Positions 18,000-27,691 of a stretch of 55,388 nucleotides of DNA are shown piece after piece (within the stretch, counting starts at the first letter, position 1; each line of letters opens with the position of its first letter). Source of the DNA: a virus (lineage: Duplodnaviria; Caudoviricetes). The stretch spans positions 1-55,388 of IMG/VR virus record IMGVR_UViG_3300032069_000147. The stretch is one strand, 5' to 3'. The translations under genes were made by a program, and so were the position numbers. Below the pieces are notes generated by a model that searched no databases, was not told where the DNA came from, and saw only the letters and a list, made by a program, of their open reading frames with translations.

Positions 18000-20465
18000 T
18001 CAGCTCCGCGTTACGGGCGGCGCGAGCGTCGTCGTCGAAACCAGGTGGACATAGCCGTCCTGTACCCGGTCATTGATCTGCTGTAGGACTTGGTCGAGAT
18101 TGTCCGGCGAGATCACGCCGTCGACGTAGACGTTGACTGTAGGGCCTGCGGCTTGCGGTTGGGTTACTGCGGCGGCAGGCTGAATTCCACCTGCCTTCAC
18201 CCCGCTAGCGGCGCGGCCGCCTCCGCCGCCACCGATGGCGCCCACCATGGCCGCAACTTGCGCTCCTGCCACAATTGCATAAAGTCCCGCAGCGGCAAAA
18301 TCCAGCGCCGCCGCTCGAAAGTCCATCGATGCGAGCTCGCCAATGGCTTTGGCTGTATGCCAATAGACTTTATAGAACGCCGTCTGCTTCATGGCGGTTA
18401 GCGTAGACCTAGCCATGCTTACTTGGGAGGCCTGATGCTCAATCGCCTGCTCCTGGTCGAGCTCGACTTGACGGACAATCTGGTTCGCCATCTGGTCGAA
18501 GATGCGTGTGGCGACTCCGCCCCAGCCGGCCAGCGCGCCCGTCATCTCCGAGAGGGCGGTGCGCGTGCCCTGGCTAAGCATCTGCCAGTCGAGCCTCTGC
18601 TGTTGGAGCGCCTGATGCACGCCCGTCTTGTCGATGCTATCGGCGATGGCCTTCGAAGCGGCGGCGGTGATCAGTTGGCGATCACGCTCCGCCTGGGCGA
18701 TGATGGCGGTTTTTTGTTTCTCGGTGGTCGCCAGGCGCAGCAGCGATTGCTTGAGGGCCTCCAGGTCGAATAACTCGCGCTGCTCGCGGATCAGGATGCG
18801 CGCGTGCTCATCTTTGGCAAGTTCCAGGGTTTTCGACGCCTCAATCTGTTGGAGCCTGGCAAAGCCCTCCTGCTCTTTCTCCAAACGCTGTTGATGCGCC
18901 TGAATCAGCCGGTCGATTTCGCGCTTGTGGCGCGCGGCATCCTTGGCGTCGAGCTCTTCGAGTTTCCGATCGCGCTGCTCGCCATAAAGGATCACCAGGT
19001 CCTTGTACTCCGCTTGGCGTTTGCCCAACTCCATCAAGGAAATCTTCTTCTGCTCGAAGAGTTCCTGGTCCTTGGCAAACAGGTTTTTGGCCGCCAGGAT
19101 CTCTTTCTGATACTCCGCCTCGATCTGGCGGCGTGCGGGAATCTCCGACCCGAGCATGGCCGCAACCACCGCCTGGGTCTTTTCCAGCTGCGACCCGAGG
19201 GCGTCGGTATATTCTTTGACGGCCTTAGGATCCTGGCCGCCCGCTCCGCCCGCTGCGCCCATGCTTCCGGCGAGACCCTTGGCCGAGGCGGCGGCAGCGC
19301 GCATCGCCGCATCGACTTTCACTAGCCAATTGGTTTGCTCTTGAGTGGCGTCCGCTTCGAGCTTGCTCGCCTTTGCGAGCAGTATGTGAGTAGCAATCAA
19401 GCTCGCCCCGCCCGTCAGGGGAGCGGCCAGCGCCGCGGCTAGCGCTTCGGCGCGCAGCGCATCAACTTCTAAATTGGTTTTCAGCGTATGCAGCCAGGCA
19501 AGAAACTCCTCGGCGTAGGGCATCACTTCCTTGCCCAGGGTTAATGCCATGCCCGAGAGTTCCGCTTTCATCGAATTCAAGGCGAGCGTAAACTGCTTGG
19601 CGTCGCGGGCGGATTTTTCATCGAAAAAGATTCCAAGCTCTTTGGCCTTAGCGATGGCGGGTTCGTAGCCCTGAGTGGCGAGGAGTTTCAGCGTCTCGAC
19701 GTTCTCCATCCAGCCGCGGCCCAGGAGCGCCTGGAGCGCCAGATTTCGCTCGCCGACGTTATTGAGCGCGAAGATGCGCGCGAGAACTTGCTGGAGCGCT
19801 TGATCCATGGGCTCGAGGCCGAGTCTTTTCAGGTTCTCCGCCCCGCCCATAATCCCGGCAAGGACCTTGCCGGTCAACGCCCCGGGCTCGTTGATGGCCA
19901 AGGTCAGATTGCGTCCCGCGCGCCCTAGAGCCATGGTGAGGGAATCGAAATTCTCGCCCGTAACTCTCGAGATGGCGTTCAGCCCGGAAAGCGATGCGGC
20001 GGCGAGCCCGGTCTTCTCGTGCGCATCGTAGATTTTGGCCCCCGCCTCGGCCGCATGCTGCGCCAGCTTGAGCAGTCCCGCGCCCAGCGCAATTACGCCT
20101 CCGCCAATTACGGCCAGGTCTCTGCCGGCGGCCAGCGCCACATCGCCAAATTCCCTTAAGGATTTTTTCAACGCCGTCATCGCGTCAACCGGCTTCGTGC
20201 GGAAGGCGGCGCTGATCTCCTCGGCCGCCTTTTCGCCCGCCTGCCCCAGTTGGGCGTAGACGATGGCGGTTTCCTTGGCCGTCGCGCCCGTCTGCTTGAG
20301 AAACTGGGCGAGGGTCTTGTCCATCTCGGCGGCGGCGGCGTTCGCGCTCTTCGCGGTCCGCTGCATGGTTCCGTCGATGGACGCGCCCATGCTCGCCATC
20401 TGGCTTTCAGCCTTCGCCGTGTCGGCGGTGGCCTCAAACGTTATGGAGATACTATTCTCGGCCAA
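18000..20465 (-). CDS. Tail tape measure protein
   Basis: Long Ala/Leu-rich helical protein; TTG start with GAGGGG RBS; follows chaperone genes. Confidence 0.85.
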   Translation of the reverse strand: MAENSISITFEATADTAKAESQMASMGASIDGTMQRTAKSANAAAAEMDKTLAQFLKQTGATAKETAIVYAQLGQAGEKAAEEISAAFRTKPVDAMTALKKSLREFGDVALAAGRDLAVIGGGVIALGAGLLKLAQHAAEAGAKIYDAHEKTGLAAASLSGLNAISRVTGENFDSLTMALGRAGRNLTLAINEPGALTGKVLAGIMGGAENLKRLGLEPMDQALQQVLARIFALNNVGERNLALQALLGRGWMENVETLKLLATQGYEPAIAKAKELGIFFDEKSARDAKQFTLALNSMKAELSGMALTLGKEVMPYAEEFLAWLHTLKTNLEVDALRAEALAAALAAPLTGGASLIATHILLAKASKLEADATQEQTNWLVKVDAAMRAAAASAKGLAGSMGAAGGAGGQDPKAVKEYTDALGSQLEKTQAVVAAMLGSEIPARRQIEAEYQKEILAAKNLFAKDQELFEQKKISLMELGKRQAEYKDLVILYGEQRDRKLEELDAKDAARHKREIDRLIQAHQQRLEKEQEGFARLQQIEASKTLELAKDEHARILIREQRELFDLEALKQSLLRLATTEKQKTAIIAQAERDRQLITAAASKAIADSIDKTGVHQALQQQRLDWQMLSQGTRTALSEMTGALAGWGGVATRIFDQMANQIVRQVELDQEQAIEHQASQVSMARSTLTAMKQTAFYKVYWHTAKAIGELASMDFRAAALDFAAAGLYAIVAGAQVAAMVGAIGGGGGGRAASGVKAGGIQPAAAVTQPQAAGPTVNVYVDGVISPDNLDQVLQQINDRVQDGYVHLVSTTTLAPPVTRS

Positions 20466-20506
20466 ACAGCACCCCTCTTGACAATGCGTTTGCAAATGTT
20501 AGCGCT

Positions 20507-20705
20507 TCACTCATCCGTTCTTGCCTGCTTTTCAATCTGCTCGTTCTCCCAGCTCCTCAGCCGGATCGCAGCCGCCGCGTCGATCTGCCAAGCCAGCGCG
20601 CCGCGCTCCAGTATCTCGCTCGGCAGTCTGCCGAATATCTGCCCGACTTGCGCCAGCAGGATCAGGTCAGCCGCCGACAGGAACTCCTGCAGTTTCTCGC
20701 CGAAG
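20507..20705 (-). CDS. Tail assembly chaperone frameshift extension (gpT-like)
   Basis: +1 frame reads FGEKLQEFLSAADLILLAQVGQIFGRLPSEIL...; no start of its own. Confidence 0.6.
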
Positions 20706-21125
20706 GGGCCTCCCGTCGCGGTCGATGGCGCCCGCCAGATAGTTGACAATGAACTCCGCGTCGCGCTCGTCAAGGTCCTCCGGGTCAAGCTCGCCCGCCT
20801 GCTTGTCCGCCGGACGGCGGATCTTCGGCTGCAGAACGCAGTCCTCGACCATCTTCCGCCGGTGCGCCTGGAACGCCGCCATTTCTTCCGCCGTGCGCGG
20901 CGCGGCAGGCGCGGATTCCGTGTCGAGCGGATTCCAATTCGCGGCGCGCTCCAGGAATTGCGCCGGCAGCCCGCCGATGTTCTCCGCGTACCAGAACAGG
21001 TTCGGACGGCGGATGAGAAACACCGCGCCCGACGGCAGCTTGACCTCGTACTGGCGCAGGCGCGCGCGCATGTATTCCTCGGCGCTTGCCGCGCCGTCTC
21101 CGTTTTTCGCGATGCTCTCTTCCAT
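20667..21125 (-). CDS. Tail assembly chaperone (gpG-like)
   Basis: GGGAGG RBS; lies between tail tube and tape measure genes. Confidence 0.7.
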   Translation of the reverse strand: MEESIAKNGDGAASAEEYMRARLRQYEVKLPSGAVFLIRRPNLFWYAENIGGLPAQFLERAANWNPLDTESAPAAPRTAEEMAAFQAHRRKMVEDCVLQPKIRRPADKQAGELDPEDLDERDAEFIVNYLAGAIDRDGRPLRRETAGVPVGG

Positions 21126-21139
21126 GGATTTTCCCTCCC

Positions 21140-21173
21140 AAAAAACACGAGGCGGGGATGGTTTCCCCGCCTC
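21140..21173 (-). terminator. Putative intrinsic terminator
   Basis: GAGGCGGGGA-AACCA-TCCCCGCCTC followed by GTGTTTTTT. Confidence 0.55.
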
Positions 21174-21259
21174 TCGTCGAATAGGGCGGCAGGAACGCGA
21201 GGATCGCTCGCTCGCCCTGCCGTGACCGTGCGTGATTTCTTCTTGCTCGTCCCGAAGCG

Positions 21260-21478
21260 CTACTTCGGGCCTTGGTCTCTGGCTTCGTGCCGCGCGAAGC
21301 CCATTTTCAATTCCTCCAATTCGCCGTTCTTGAGCTCATGCGCGCGCGCGTGCGCCGCGATCCAGTCCTTGATCGCCTTGATGTCGGCCCCGATGCGCGT
21401 CCAGCTGACGCCGAAGCCGAAGATCATCACGCAGAGGATAACAACGTTCCCAAAGGTCACTTCGCCAGAGAAATGCAT
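21260..21478 (-). CDS. Small membrane protein (one TM + coiled coil)
   Basis: VTFGNVVILCVMIFGFGVSW followed by amphipathic helix. Confidence 0.6.
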   Translation of the reverse strand: MHFSGEVTFGNVVILCVMIFGFGVSWTRIGADIKAIKDWIAAHARAHELKNGELEELKMGFARHEARDQGPK

Positions 21479-21487
21479 CGCCCCTCG

Positions 21488-22306
21488 CTATCTCTGCCGG
21501 CGCGCGTTGATCGTGCCATAAGCCTTCAAGGTGCTTGCGCTGAAGGTCGCTTTCGCCACCAAGTAGACCGTGGTGGTCGTACTGAGATTTAGCCGCACGA
21601 CCGGGGTAGGCAGCGCCGATTCGGGCGTGGCAGTGGGCACTTGGGCCGCCAGCGTCAGACTGGACCAACTATCCTGCGCCACGAGATTTCCGGAAGTCGT
21701 GCTGATTCCCTGCGTCATGTTTGTGATGCTGGTCGTAGCTGTCGGAGTGTAATCGACCACGCCCGAAACGTCCCAGTCGCCAGGTCCCAAGCTGATGCTG
21801 ACTATGTTCGCATACGTAGCCGTAGTCAATGAGACCGATGAGTCCGTCGGCAGCGTCGCCGTCACGAATTCCGAGTTCCGAGGGATTGCGTTGTGCAGAG
21901 CGAGTGAGGCCGGGAAGATGGCTGTGATCAGACTGTTGGCGTCCGTCGTGACCAAACCCACCACGACGTTCCCTGAAGCCGCAGCCGTGCCGTAGACGTT
22001 GCTCTTCGCAAGCGCCGCGCCTGAGCCCGGCCAATAGATGTACGCGCAGGCGTCCGTCCCGGCGATGATGCTTGCCGTCGAGCAGTCCGTCTTGGACGCG
22101 CCTAGAGTCGTGAGCGTTCCGGCTAGGATGGAATTGGCGTGTCCGGCGTCATAGACGCTGCCCGCCGTGTACGTCAATGTCGCGCTGCCGACGCCCGTCA
22201 TGCGCGGCGCGGCGAGACCTCCCAAATAGGATTTGTAACTTGTCTGCGCGAACAACGAGGCCGCGAACAGCAGCGCCGTCGCCAGAAATCCGAGTTTCTT
22301 CAACAT
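21488..22306 (-). CDS. Signal-peptide-bearing beta-rich protein in tail operon
   Basis: MLKKLGFLATALLFAASLFAQ; C-terminal SISLGPGDWDV...INARR domain. Confidence 0.75.
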   Translation of the reverse strand: MLKKLGFLATALLFAASLFAQTSYKSYLGGLAAPRMTGVGSATLTYTAGSVYDAGHANSILAGTLTTLGASKTDCSTASIIAGTDACAYIYWPGSGAALAKSNVYGTAAASGNVVVGLVTTDANSLITAIFPASLALHNAIPRNSEFVTATLPTDSSVSLTTATYANIVSISLGPGDWDVSGVVDYTPTATTSITNMTQGISTTSGNLVAQDSWSSLTLAAQVPTATPESALPTPVVRLNLSTTTTVYLVAKATFSASTLKAYGTINARRQR

Positions 22307-22367
22307 GTTTTTCCTCCCTCTACGATACCGGAAATCAAGTCAAGCGCTATCTGAATTTGACCGGCAG

Positions 22368-22976
22368 CTATAATTGTCTGTAGATCGAGCCCACCTGATC
22401 ACCGACCGTCCTGGTCGTGTCCGCCAAACCGTCGAACCGACCCTTCACGATCACTTCTTTCGTCCGCGTATACTGCCGCTCCAGGATCGACACGCCTTTG
22501 GTGTTATAGAGCACCGCAACTTCGTATTTTCCTGGATTCGAAAAGCCGCGAATCGGCGAGATGACCGCAACCGAGTGACTCGGATAGGCGATGAGGCCGC
22601 CGAAGGTGAGCTCCTCGTATTGCTGCGCGCCCGGCGGAAGCAGCGCGTCGGTCCCCGTCGAATACGTGGCGTGACCCAGAAACTTTATAAGCTTCGAGAA
22701 CGCCGACGACTTGAGGCTGAATTCGATGAAGGCGGTCTCCGCCGTCATTACCTTGTCGATGGGCGCCGTCACTTGGTCAGCCAGGATGAGCTCTTCCTTG
22801 GCCGAGGCGTGGAACGTTGCGTGACCGTCGCCGGGCCCCATGCCCAAGGGCGACCCGCCCTGGGGGATGCCGTTCGTGTCCACTAAGAGTCGGCTGCCTA
22901 CGGCCGGAACCGAGACATCCACCCACAGGAATCCCGGCCCTACGTGGATTTCACTTGGCGTTATGAGATAAGGCAT
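22368..22976 (-). CDS. Tail tube (major tail) protein
   Basis: IHVGPG N-terminus, size and synteny; no sheath gene seen, so siphovirus-like. Confidence 0.7.
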   Translation of the reverse strand: MPYLITPSEIHVGPGFLWVDVSVPAVGSRLLVDTNGIPQGGSPLGMGPGDGHATFHASAKEELILADQVTAPIDKVMTAETAFIEFSLKSSAFSKLIKFLGHATYSTGTDALLPPGAQQYEELTFGGLIAYPSHSVAVISPIRGFSNPGKYEVAVLYNTKGVSILERQYTRTKEVIVKGRFDGLADTTRTVGDQVGSIYRQL

Positions 22977-22982
22977 AGTTAC

Positions 22983-23204
22983 CTACCCTTCGATGACCGC
23001 GAAGCCGAGCTCGACTAGGCCGCGCAGATTTTCTTCCACGGGTTTCCGTTCCGCGTCGAGTTCTGCTTCGATCAACTCACCGTCCCCATATTCGACCCGC
23101 TCTCCGTCAACGTTCGAGCTGACCCAGCGGCTTCCTGGCAGAAGCTTGAGCCTCACTTTGCCTGCCACGGTTTCGCCCATCGTCGCTTTCCTCCTAACTG
23201 CCAT
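22983..23204 (-). CDS. Small hypothetical protein
   Basis: MAVRRKAT...LVELGFAVIEG. Confidence 0.55.
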   Translation of the reverse strand: MAVRRKATMGETVAGKVRLKLLPGSRWVSSNVDGERVEYGDGELIEAELDAERKPVEENLRGLVELGFAVIEG

Positions 23205-23206
23205 CT

Positions 23207-24049
23207 CTATGCCGCGCTTACAGTATCCGCTGCGATCCGGATGGGCTTCAACAGATAGCATACGGTCGTTTGTGAGGGATCGAACCAATCAAACGCAGCG
23301 CTTAGGCGCTGATGGCCTGCTTGTTCCTTGCGCGTAGCCCATCTGCAATTGCCGGGTTCGTAGTTACCGTCATTGTCGATTCGATCCAGTGTTTTTCCGG
23401 CCGGCCTCAGCCCCATGTCTTGCAGAAAGTTCTCGAAGCTATTGCGCCAGCGCTCGCAAACCGTAATTCCGCGACCCCCGTAGGAAATAAATCGTGTGGT
23501 ATTCGGATTGTAGCAGCGGCCCTTCATCCCAATCCAGATCCGATACTCAGTTGTACGTGACAATCCGTGATTCGTTTGTTTATTTCCTGAGAGTCGGAAT
23601 ATGGCGTTTTTCGCCAAGCAGCCGCAACTCTTTTGTCCTCCTAGACGAGAAAGATTGTTACCACGAATAATGCTTTCGCGTCCGCAATCACAAACACATT
23701 TCCATAGTACAGGACTATGTCCGATTAGCTCAATGGCAACAAGTTTCCCGAATCTCTGCCCAGTTAAATCACGAACTGGCCTTCCAGGTGCTCCGTTGAT
23801 AACCTCATGATGATCAGGATTTACACAATTGCGATTCTTACATGTACACCTAATCGCCGCCCCTTGCGGGATCGGACCTCGGAAAAGCTCCCATGCCAAA
23901 CGATAGGCTTTAGAGATCCATCTCTTTACCGTGAGTCTCGGATAACCCCTGACATCCATACTTCCAGTCCAAAGCCAACAAGACGGAGTTTTTTTGACCC
24001 GCGACCAGAAAAGTCTTTCGAGAGTTTCTGCTTTTACATCGCCAAACAT
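23207..24049 (-). CDS. HNH homing endonuclease with two HNH-type modules
   Basis: CWLWTG...CVNPDH; DLTGQRFGKL..CDCG..KSCGC..YGGRGI.VC..TLDRIDNDGNYEPGNCRWAT; lower GC. Confidence 0.85.
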   Translation of the reverse strand: MFGDVKAETLERLFWSRVKKTPSCWLWTGSMDVRGYPRLTVKRWISKAYRLAWELFRGPIPQGAAIRCTCKNRNCVNPDHHEVINGAPGRPVRDLTGQRFGKLVAIELIGHSPVLWKCVCDCGRESIIRGNNLSRLGGQKSCGCLAKNAIFRLSGNKQTNHGLSRTTEYRIWIGMKGRCYNPNTTRFISYGGRGITVCERWRNSFENFLQDMGLRPAGKTLDRIDNDGNYEPGNCRWATRKEQAGHQRLSAAFDWFDPSQTTVCYLLKPIRIAADTVSAA

Positions 24050-24065
24050 TTCATCTTCCTAGAAA

Positions 24066-24884
24066 CTACGCCGCAGCTACGGCCCTATCGGGCAAGATCA
24101 CGATGCTGAAGGCGTCGCCCAAGACGCCGCCCGAGATGCTGACCAGCGCCGTGCAATCGCTGAAGGTCAAGGTTGTGTCGCCTCCTGCTGTCAGATAATT
24201 ATTGGTCACAACGCCTACCGTGAACGCCACGTTGGTTGCCACGCCGGACTTGGTGCAGGTCATGGTGAGCGTGGTGCTAACGAGTCCTTCGGTTTTCGTG
24301 TTCAAGACCGCAATCTTGCCATTGCCATAGAGGGTTGTATCCAGCGCCGCAACGTGCGTGAACGTCGCGCTGGTCGATCCGGTAACGGCGAGCGTCGCCA
24401 GCGTGAAAGGCGTCGGCACAAAGACGTTTCCCGGCGAGAGGTTCCCGAAATACTGATTGAACAGCCCGTGCGCTCTCACGGTGGGAGCAGAGGCGTTCAG
24501 AACGCGCAGCATTGCGTCCAGGCCCGAAAGGTCGCCCGCCGCCAGTGAGTTGTACCGCAGCGCGTGAATGTCGAGCGCCCTCCTCAGCGCGGCCCAGAAG
24601 TTGTAGCCAAGGCTTCCCAGCGCAGGCTGACCGTCATTCAGAGCCACCACGGGCGGGATGAAATCCTCCTGCTGGTGAACGTCCGTGAATCCGCCGACCA
24701 GAGTTTGAAGCGCCGCGAGCACGTCAGTGTCAGCTACGGCGATGCCGGCATTCGGGCTGGTCGCGGCATACACACCTCCCGTGGCCACCGCCGAAGCCAG
24801 CGGAACGCCCCCCGCCTCGCCGCCCCAGCGCGCCATGCGGTCCAAAATCGTGATGAGGTTCGCATTCGATATTTGCGCCATCAA
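24066..24884 (-). CDS. Putative virion protein
   Basis: 272 aa in neck/tail operon. Confidence 0.65.
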   Translation of the reverse strand: MMAQISNANLITILDRMARWGGEAGGVPLASAVATGGVYAATSPNAGIAVADTDVLAALQTLVGGFTDVHQQEDFIPPVVALNDGQPALGSLGYNFWAALRRALDIHALRYNSLAAGDLSGLDAMLRVLNASAPTVRAHGLFNQYFGNLSPGNVFVPTPFTLATLAVTGSTSATFTHVAALDTTLYGNGKIAVLNTKTEGLVSTTLTMTCTKSGVATNVAFTVGVVTNNYLTAGGDTTLTFSDCTALVSISGGVLGDAFSIVILPDRAVAAA

Positions 24885-24888
24885 AGCC

Positions 24889-25461
24889 TCACTTTGTCGT
24901 CACCAACGGATTCCCCTCTTCCATCTCGACCATTACGGCCAGCGTCACCAACATAGCTAGAAGCGACGAGCGCGCCCGCCGCAGCTCGCCGTAGTCTATC
25001 GAACTGACGAACAGTCTCGTCACATTTGTTATCGATCCGTCCATCTGCACGGTCGGGCCAGGCGACGGGAAGCCGCTTAGCGGCGGCAACTGCAAAGGCG
25101 CATAGAAATCCGCGAGCTCGATGCTGTTCAGAATTCTGTCTAAGGCTAGCGCGTAGTCCTCGGCTAGCTCGGCCAGCAGGTTCGGGTCGGAGTGCGTGAC
25201 GCCCGCCGCGACGAATAGCGCGACCATCTGCTTGCGCGTTAGGTCTGAAGCAGCATCGAAAACGTCCGAGGCCGGAGCTATGAGCACGGACGGCCACTGG
25301 CGAATGGGCGCAAGCGCGATCTGGAATTCCTGGAACTGATGCTGCAATCCCGTAAGCCCGACCGAAGCGAGCGCCGCTCCCTGGTCGCGATAGATTATCG
25401 CCGCGAGCTGGCGTATGAGAGGCTTGACGAGCTGCGCGCTGTAATAAAATGTCCACGCCAT
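24889..25461 (-). CDS. Tail completion/terminator-like protein
   Basis: Synteny; QWPSVLI motif. Confidence 0.55.
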   Translation of the reverse strand: MAWTFYYSAQLVKPLIRQLAAIIYRDQGAALASVGLTGLQHQFQEFQIALAPIRQWPSVLIAPASDVFDAASDLTRKQMVALFVAAGVTHSDPNLLAELAEDYALALDRILNSIELADFYAPLQLPPLSGFPSPGPTVQMDGSITNVTRLFVSSIDYGELRRARSSLLAMLVTLAVMVEMEEGNPLVTTK

Positions 25462-25464
25462 CCA

Positions 25465-26187
25465 CTAAACATTCCCCATCGCGATGTCTCCGATGCGCAG
25501 CGCTTCAGCGCCCGCTCCCGGCGCCTCGCGCTCCTCGGGCCCCATCAAGGCCATCCCCGCACGCCTGGCTGCCTCGCGCAGTTCATGACGAACGATAGCC
25601 ATCATCTTGTCGTTCCACGGGCTGTATTCCTTGCCCAATTTCCTAACTTTGAGCCAGTAGAGGTCCAGGATCGGACGCTGCGGCATCCCCCGGCCCTTCT
25701 CCGTCGGCTCCCAGTGACCGCCAGCATGGGCAGCACCACGACGGATTCGTAGGGACGGCTTAAACTCATAGCCGCGCGGCGTTGGATCGCCAAGCTTGAT
25801 TCCTGTTCCTGTTTGGTGAAACAGCGCGTAGGGAGATTGACTCCCCCACTTCATGCGCCTGGGCTCGACCTCCTCGACGTGGTCGGGGCCTCCGATGAAC
25901 GACAGTTGCAGCATTCCCGTCTGCTGAAGGATGGGCCTGCCGCGATAGAGTCTCCGCGTCGTCGGAGCCAGTTTCGCCCACTGCCTGCGGCCCTCGCCTC
26001 CCTGACTCCTGAACTGCCTAACAACATACGGGATAAGGACTTCGGAAATCAGCCGATGCCAGACCCTCGTCCAGTCAGCCATCTGCAGTCTGAATTTGTC
26101 GTGCCAGATCGTATACGCGCCCCGTTTGGGCTCGACATCATGCTCGCCTTTGTATTCCCACCCGATTTTGAAATTCAGAATCGACAT
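25465..26187 (-). CDS. Virion morphogenesis protein (Mu gpG-like)
   Basis: F.SQGG....WAKLAPTT...ILQQTGML..S...YALFHQTG...MPQRPIL. Confidence 0.8.
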   Translation of the reverse strand: MSILNFKIGWEYKGEHDVEPKRGAYTIWHDKFRLQMADWTRVWHRLISEVLIPYVVRQFRSQGGEGRRQWAKLAPTTRRLYRGRPILQQTGMLQLSFIGGPDHVEEVEPRRMKWGSQSPYALFHQTGTGIKLGDPTPRGYEFKPSLRIRRGAAHAGGHWEPTEKGRGMPQRPILDLYWLKVRKLGKEYSPWNDKMMAIVRHELREAARRAGMALMGPEEREAPGAGAEALRIGDIAMGNV

Positions 26188-26188
26188 C

Positions 26189-26680
26189 TTAGTAGTTATT
26201 CGCCTTCCCGAACGCCACGTTCAAGCCAAGATCCGCAGGCTTCGCTCCGACCACAGTATCGCCGCCCGAGTAGCCCTTCAGGCGCGACGGATTGCCGAAC
26301 AGGGCGTCGTAGAATCCCTTGGCGATCTCGCTGAGGAGCTGCTGATATTCCCTCATGGCCCGCGACGCCTCGCTCACCTCGCCAGCCTGAAGCGTTATGC
26401 TCGATTGCAGGCTATTGAGCACATCGGCCAGCGCGCCCTTGATATTCGCCTCGCGGAGCCAGGCGGTGGACGCCGAAATCTGGTCGCTAGTCAGTCCCAT
26501 GCTGTTCAGCTTCGAGCCGTTCCAGCCAGGATCGATGCCGCGATTGAGCAGCCGGGCGTAGATTTCGCTGGCCCGGTTGTCGATCCACTGCCCGATCTGC
26601 GCCGTGCTTGGGTTGTTCGGCAGGTCCACCGTGAAGCGCGGGACCCTGGCCGTGACATCCGCAAGCGCGCAGAAACCCAT
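26189..26680 (-). CDS. Head-tail adaptor (Mu gp36/gpJ-like)
   Basis: FCALADV N-terminus; IDNRASEIYARL; LSEIAKG. Confidence 0.65.
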   Translation of the reverse strand: MGFCALADVTARVPRFTVDLPNNPSTAQIGQWIDNRASEIYARLLNRGIDPGWNGSKLNSMGLTSDQISASTAWLREANIKGALADVLNSLQSSITLQAGEVSEASRAMREYQQLLSEIAKGFYDALFGNPSRLKGYSGGDTVVGAKPADLGLNVAFGKANNY

Positions 26681-26692
26681 TCTCGCCTCCGC

Positions 26693-27022
26693 CTAGTCGC
26701 CGTAAGTCAGACCGACACGGAACGCCGTCGGACCTCCGGCATCCACGTGGATATTCAGCACGATGTTTCCAGCCGCATCGACGCTCGGCGCGGCACTCTC
26801 GTACCATCCGCCCGTGGCTGCCGCCACGTATTTCGGCACGCCCACGATCTTCGCCGAAGCGCTAAGCAGTCGAGCTCCAGCGCTTGTTCCGTCGCTCGTC
26901 ACGCTGATCGCATTATCAGCGGTCGCGGTCAACCCGGTGATTGTCAGAATCGCCGTCGCCAGAGGCACGCCGTCCTGGCTTCGGCCCAGCTTGTAGTACG
27001 TCGCCGTGATCGCTATCGCCAT
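26693..27022 (-). CDS. Putative virion protein
   Basis: 109 aa beta-rich; GGAGG RBS. Confidence 0.6.
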   Translation of the reverse strand: MAIAITATYYKLGRSQDGVPLATAILTITGLTATADNAISVTSDGTSAGARLLSASAKIVGVPKYVAAATGGWYESAAPSVDAAGNIVLNIHVDAGGPTAFRVGLTYGD

Positions 27023-27047
27023 CGCTCATGCCCTCCTGGGAATCCAA

Positions 27048-27650
27048 CTATCCGACGCGGATATGGCGCTCCATCGCGCGCATCCGCTCTTCTTGCGCGG
27101 CTTGGCGTTCCGCCAATTGCCGTACGGCCTCGTACCGGTCATCCGGGCCTTCCAGATTTCCGCGCGCCATCGCCAATCGCTCCTGGTCGATGATGTCGAT
27201 CAGTCCGCTCGGCACCGGCGGCGCGCCCGGGTCGATGGGCTCAACCTGGCCGTGCCGCAGCCCCATAAGCTCTTTCTCCGTAAGCCAAATCTCGCCGCTG
27301 AGATTCACCGGAATCAGCCCGCCGTGCCCGCCGGATGGAACCATAGCCTCATTTTGATTGATCTTGATGCAGCCGGGAATCATCTCAAATGTGGTCGTAA
27401 ACGCCTTGCCGTCCACAATCGTCTCGCGCGGCCAGTAGCACGTTTCGTCGTCAATCCCGCCAGCCAGCACTTGCCGGTTTCCCGAAACGTCCGTGCCGAG
27501 CTTGCCTGCGACGCCGTGCGCCAGATGGATGGGCTTCAGCACGCGATAACGGAAGCGTGGGGCTTCCGTCACGATTGCCGGGGCTTTGCCGGTTGCAGGC
27601 GAGGAAGCCGCCTGGTCTTCCTCGGCTGAATCCATCGGTTTGCGGGTCAT
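27048..27650 (-). CDS. Hypothetical protein after capsid gene
   Basis: AAGGAG RBS before MTRKPMDS. Confidence 0.6.
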   Translation of the reverse strand: MTRKPMDSAEEDQAASSPATGKAPAIVTEAPRFRYRVLKPIHLAHGVAGKLGTDVSGNRQVLAGGIDDETCYWPRETIVDGKAFTTTFEMIPGCIKINQNEAMVPSGGHGGLIPVNLSGEIWLTEKELMGLRHGQVEPIDPGAPPVPSGLIDIIDQERLAMARGNLEGPDDRYEAVRQLAERQAAQEERMRAMERHIRVG

Positions 27651-27691
27651 CCTTTGCTCCTTTGTAAATCCGGAATTTGCACAGCCAGCGC

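Noticed and set aside
23207-23240. HNH C-terminus (ADTVSAA) resembling the upstream gene end (DRAVAAA)
   Set aside because: Similarity is too short to support a duplication
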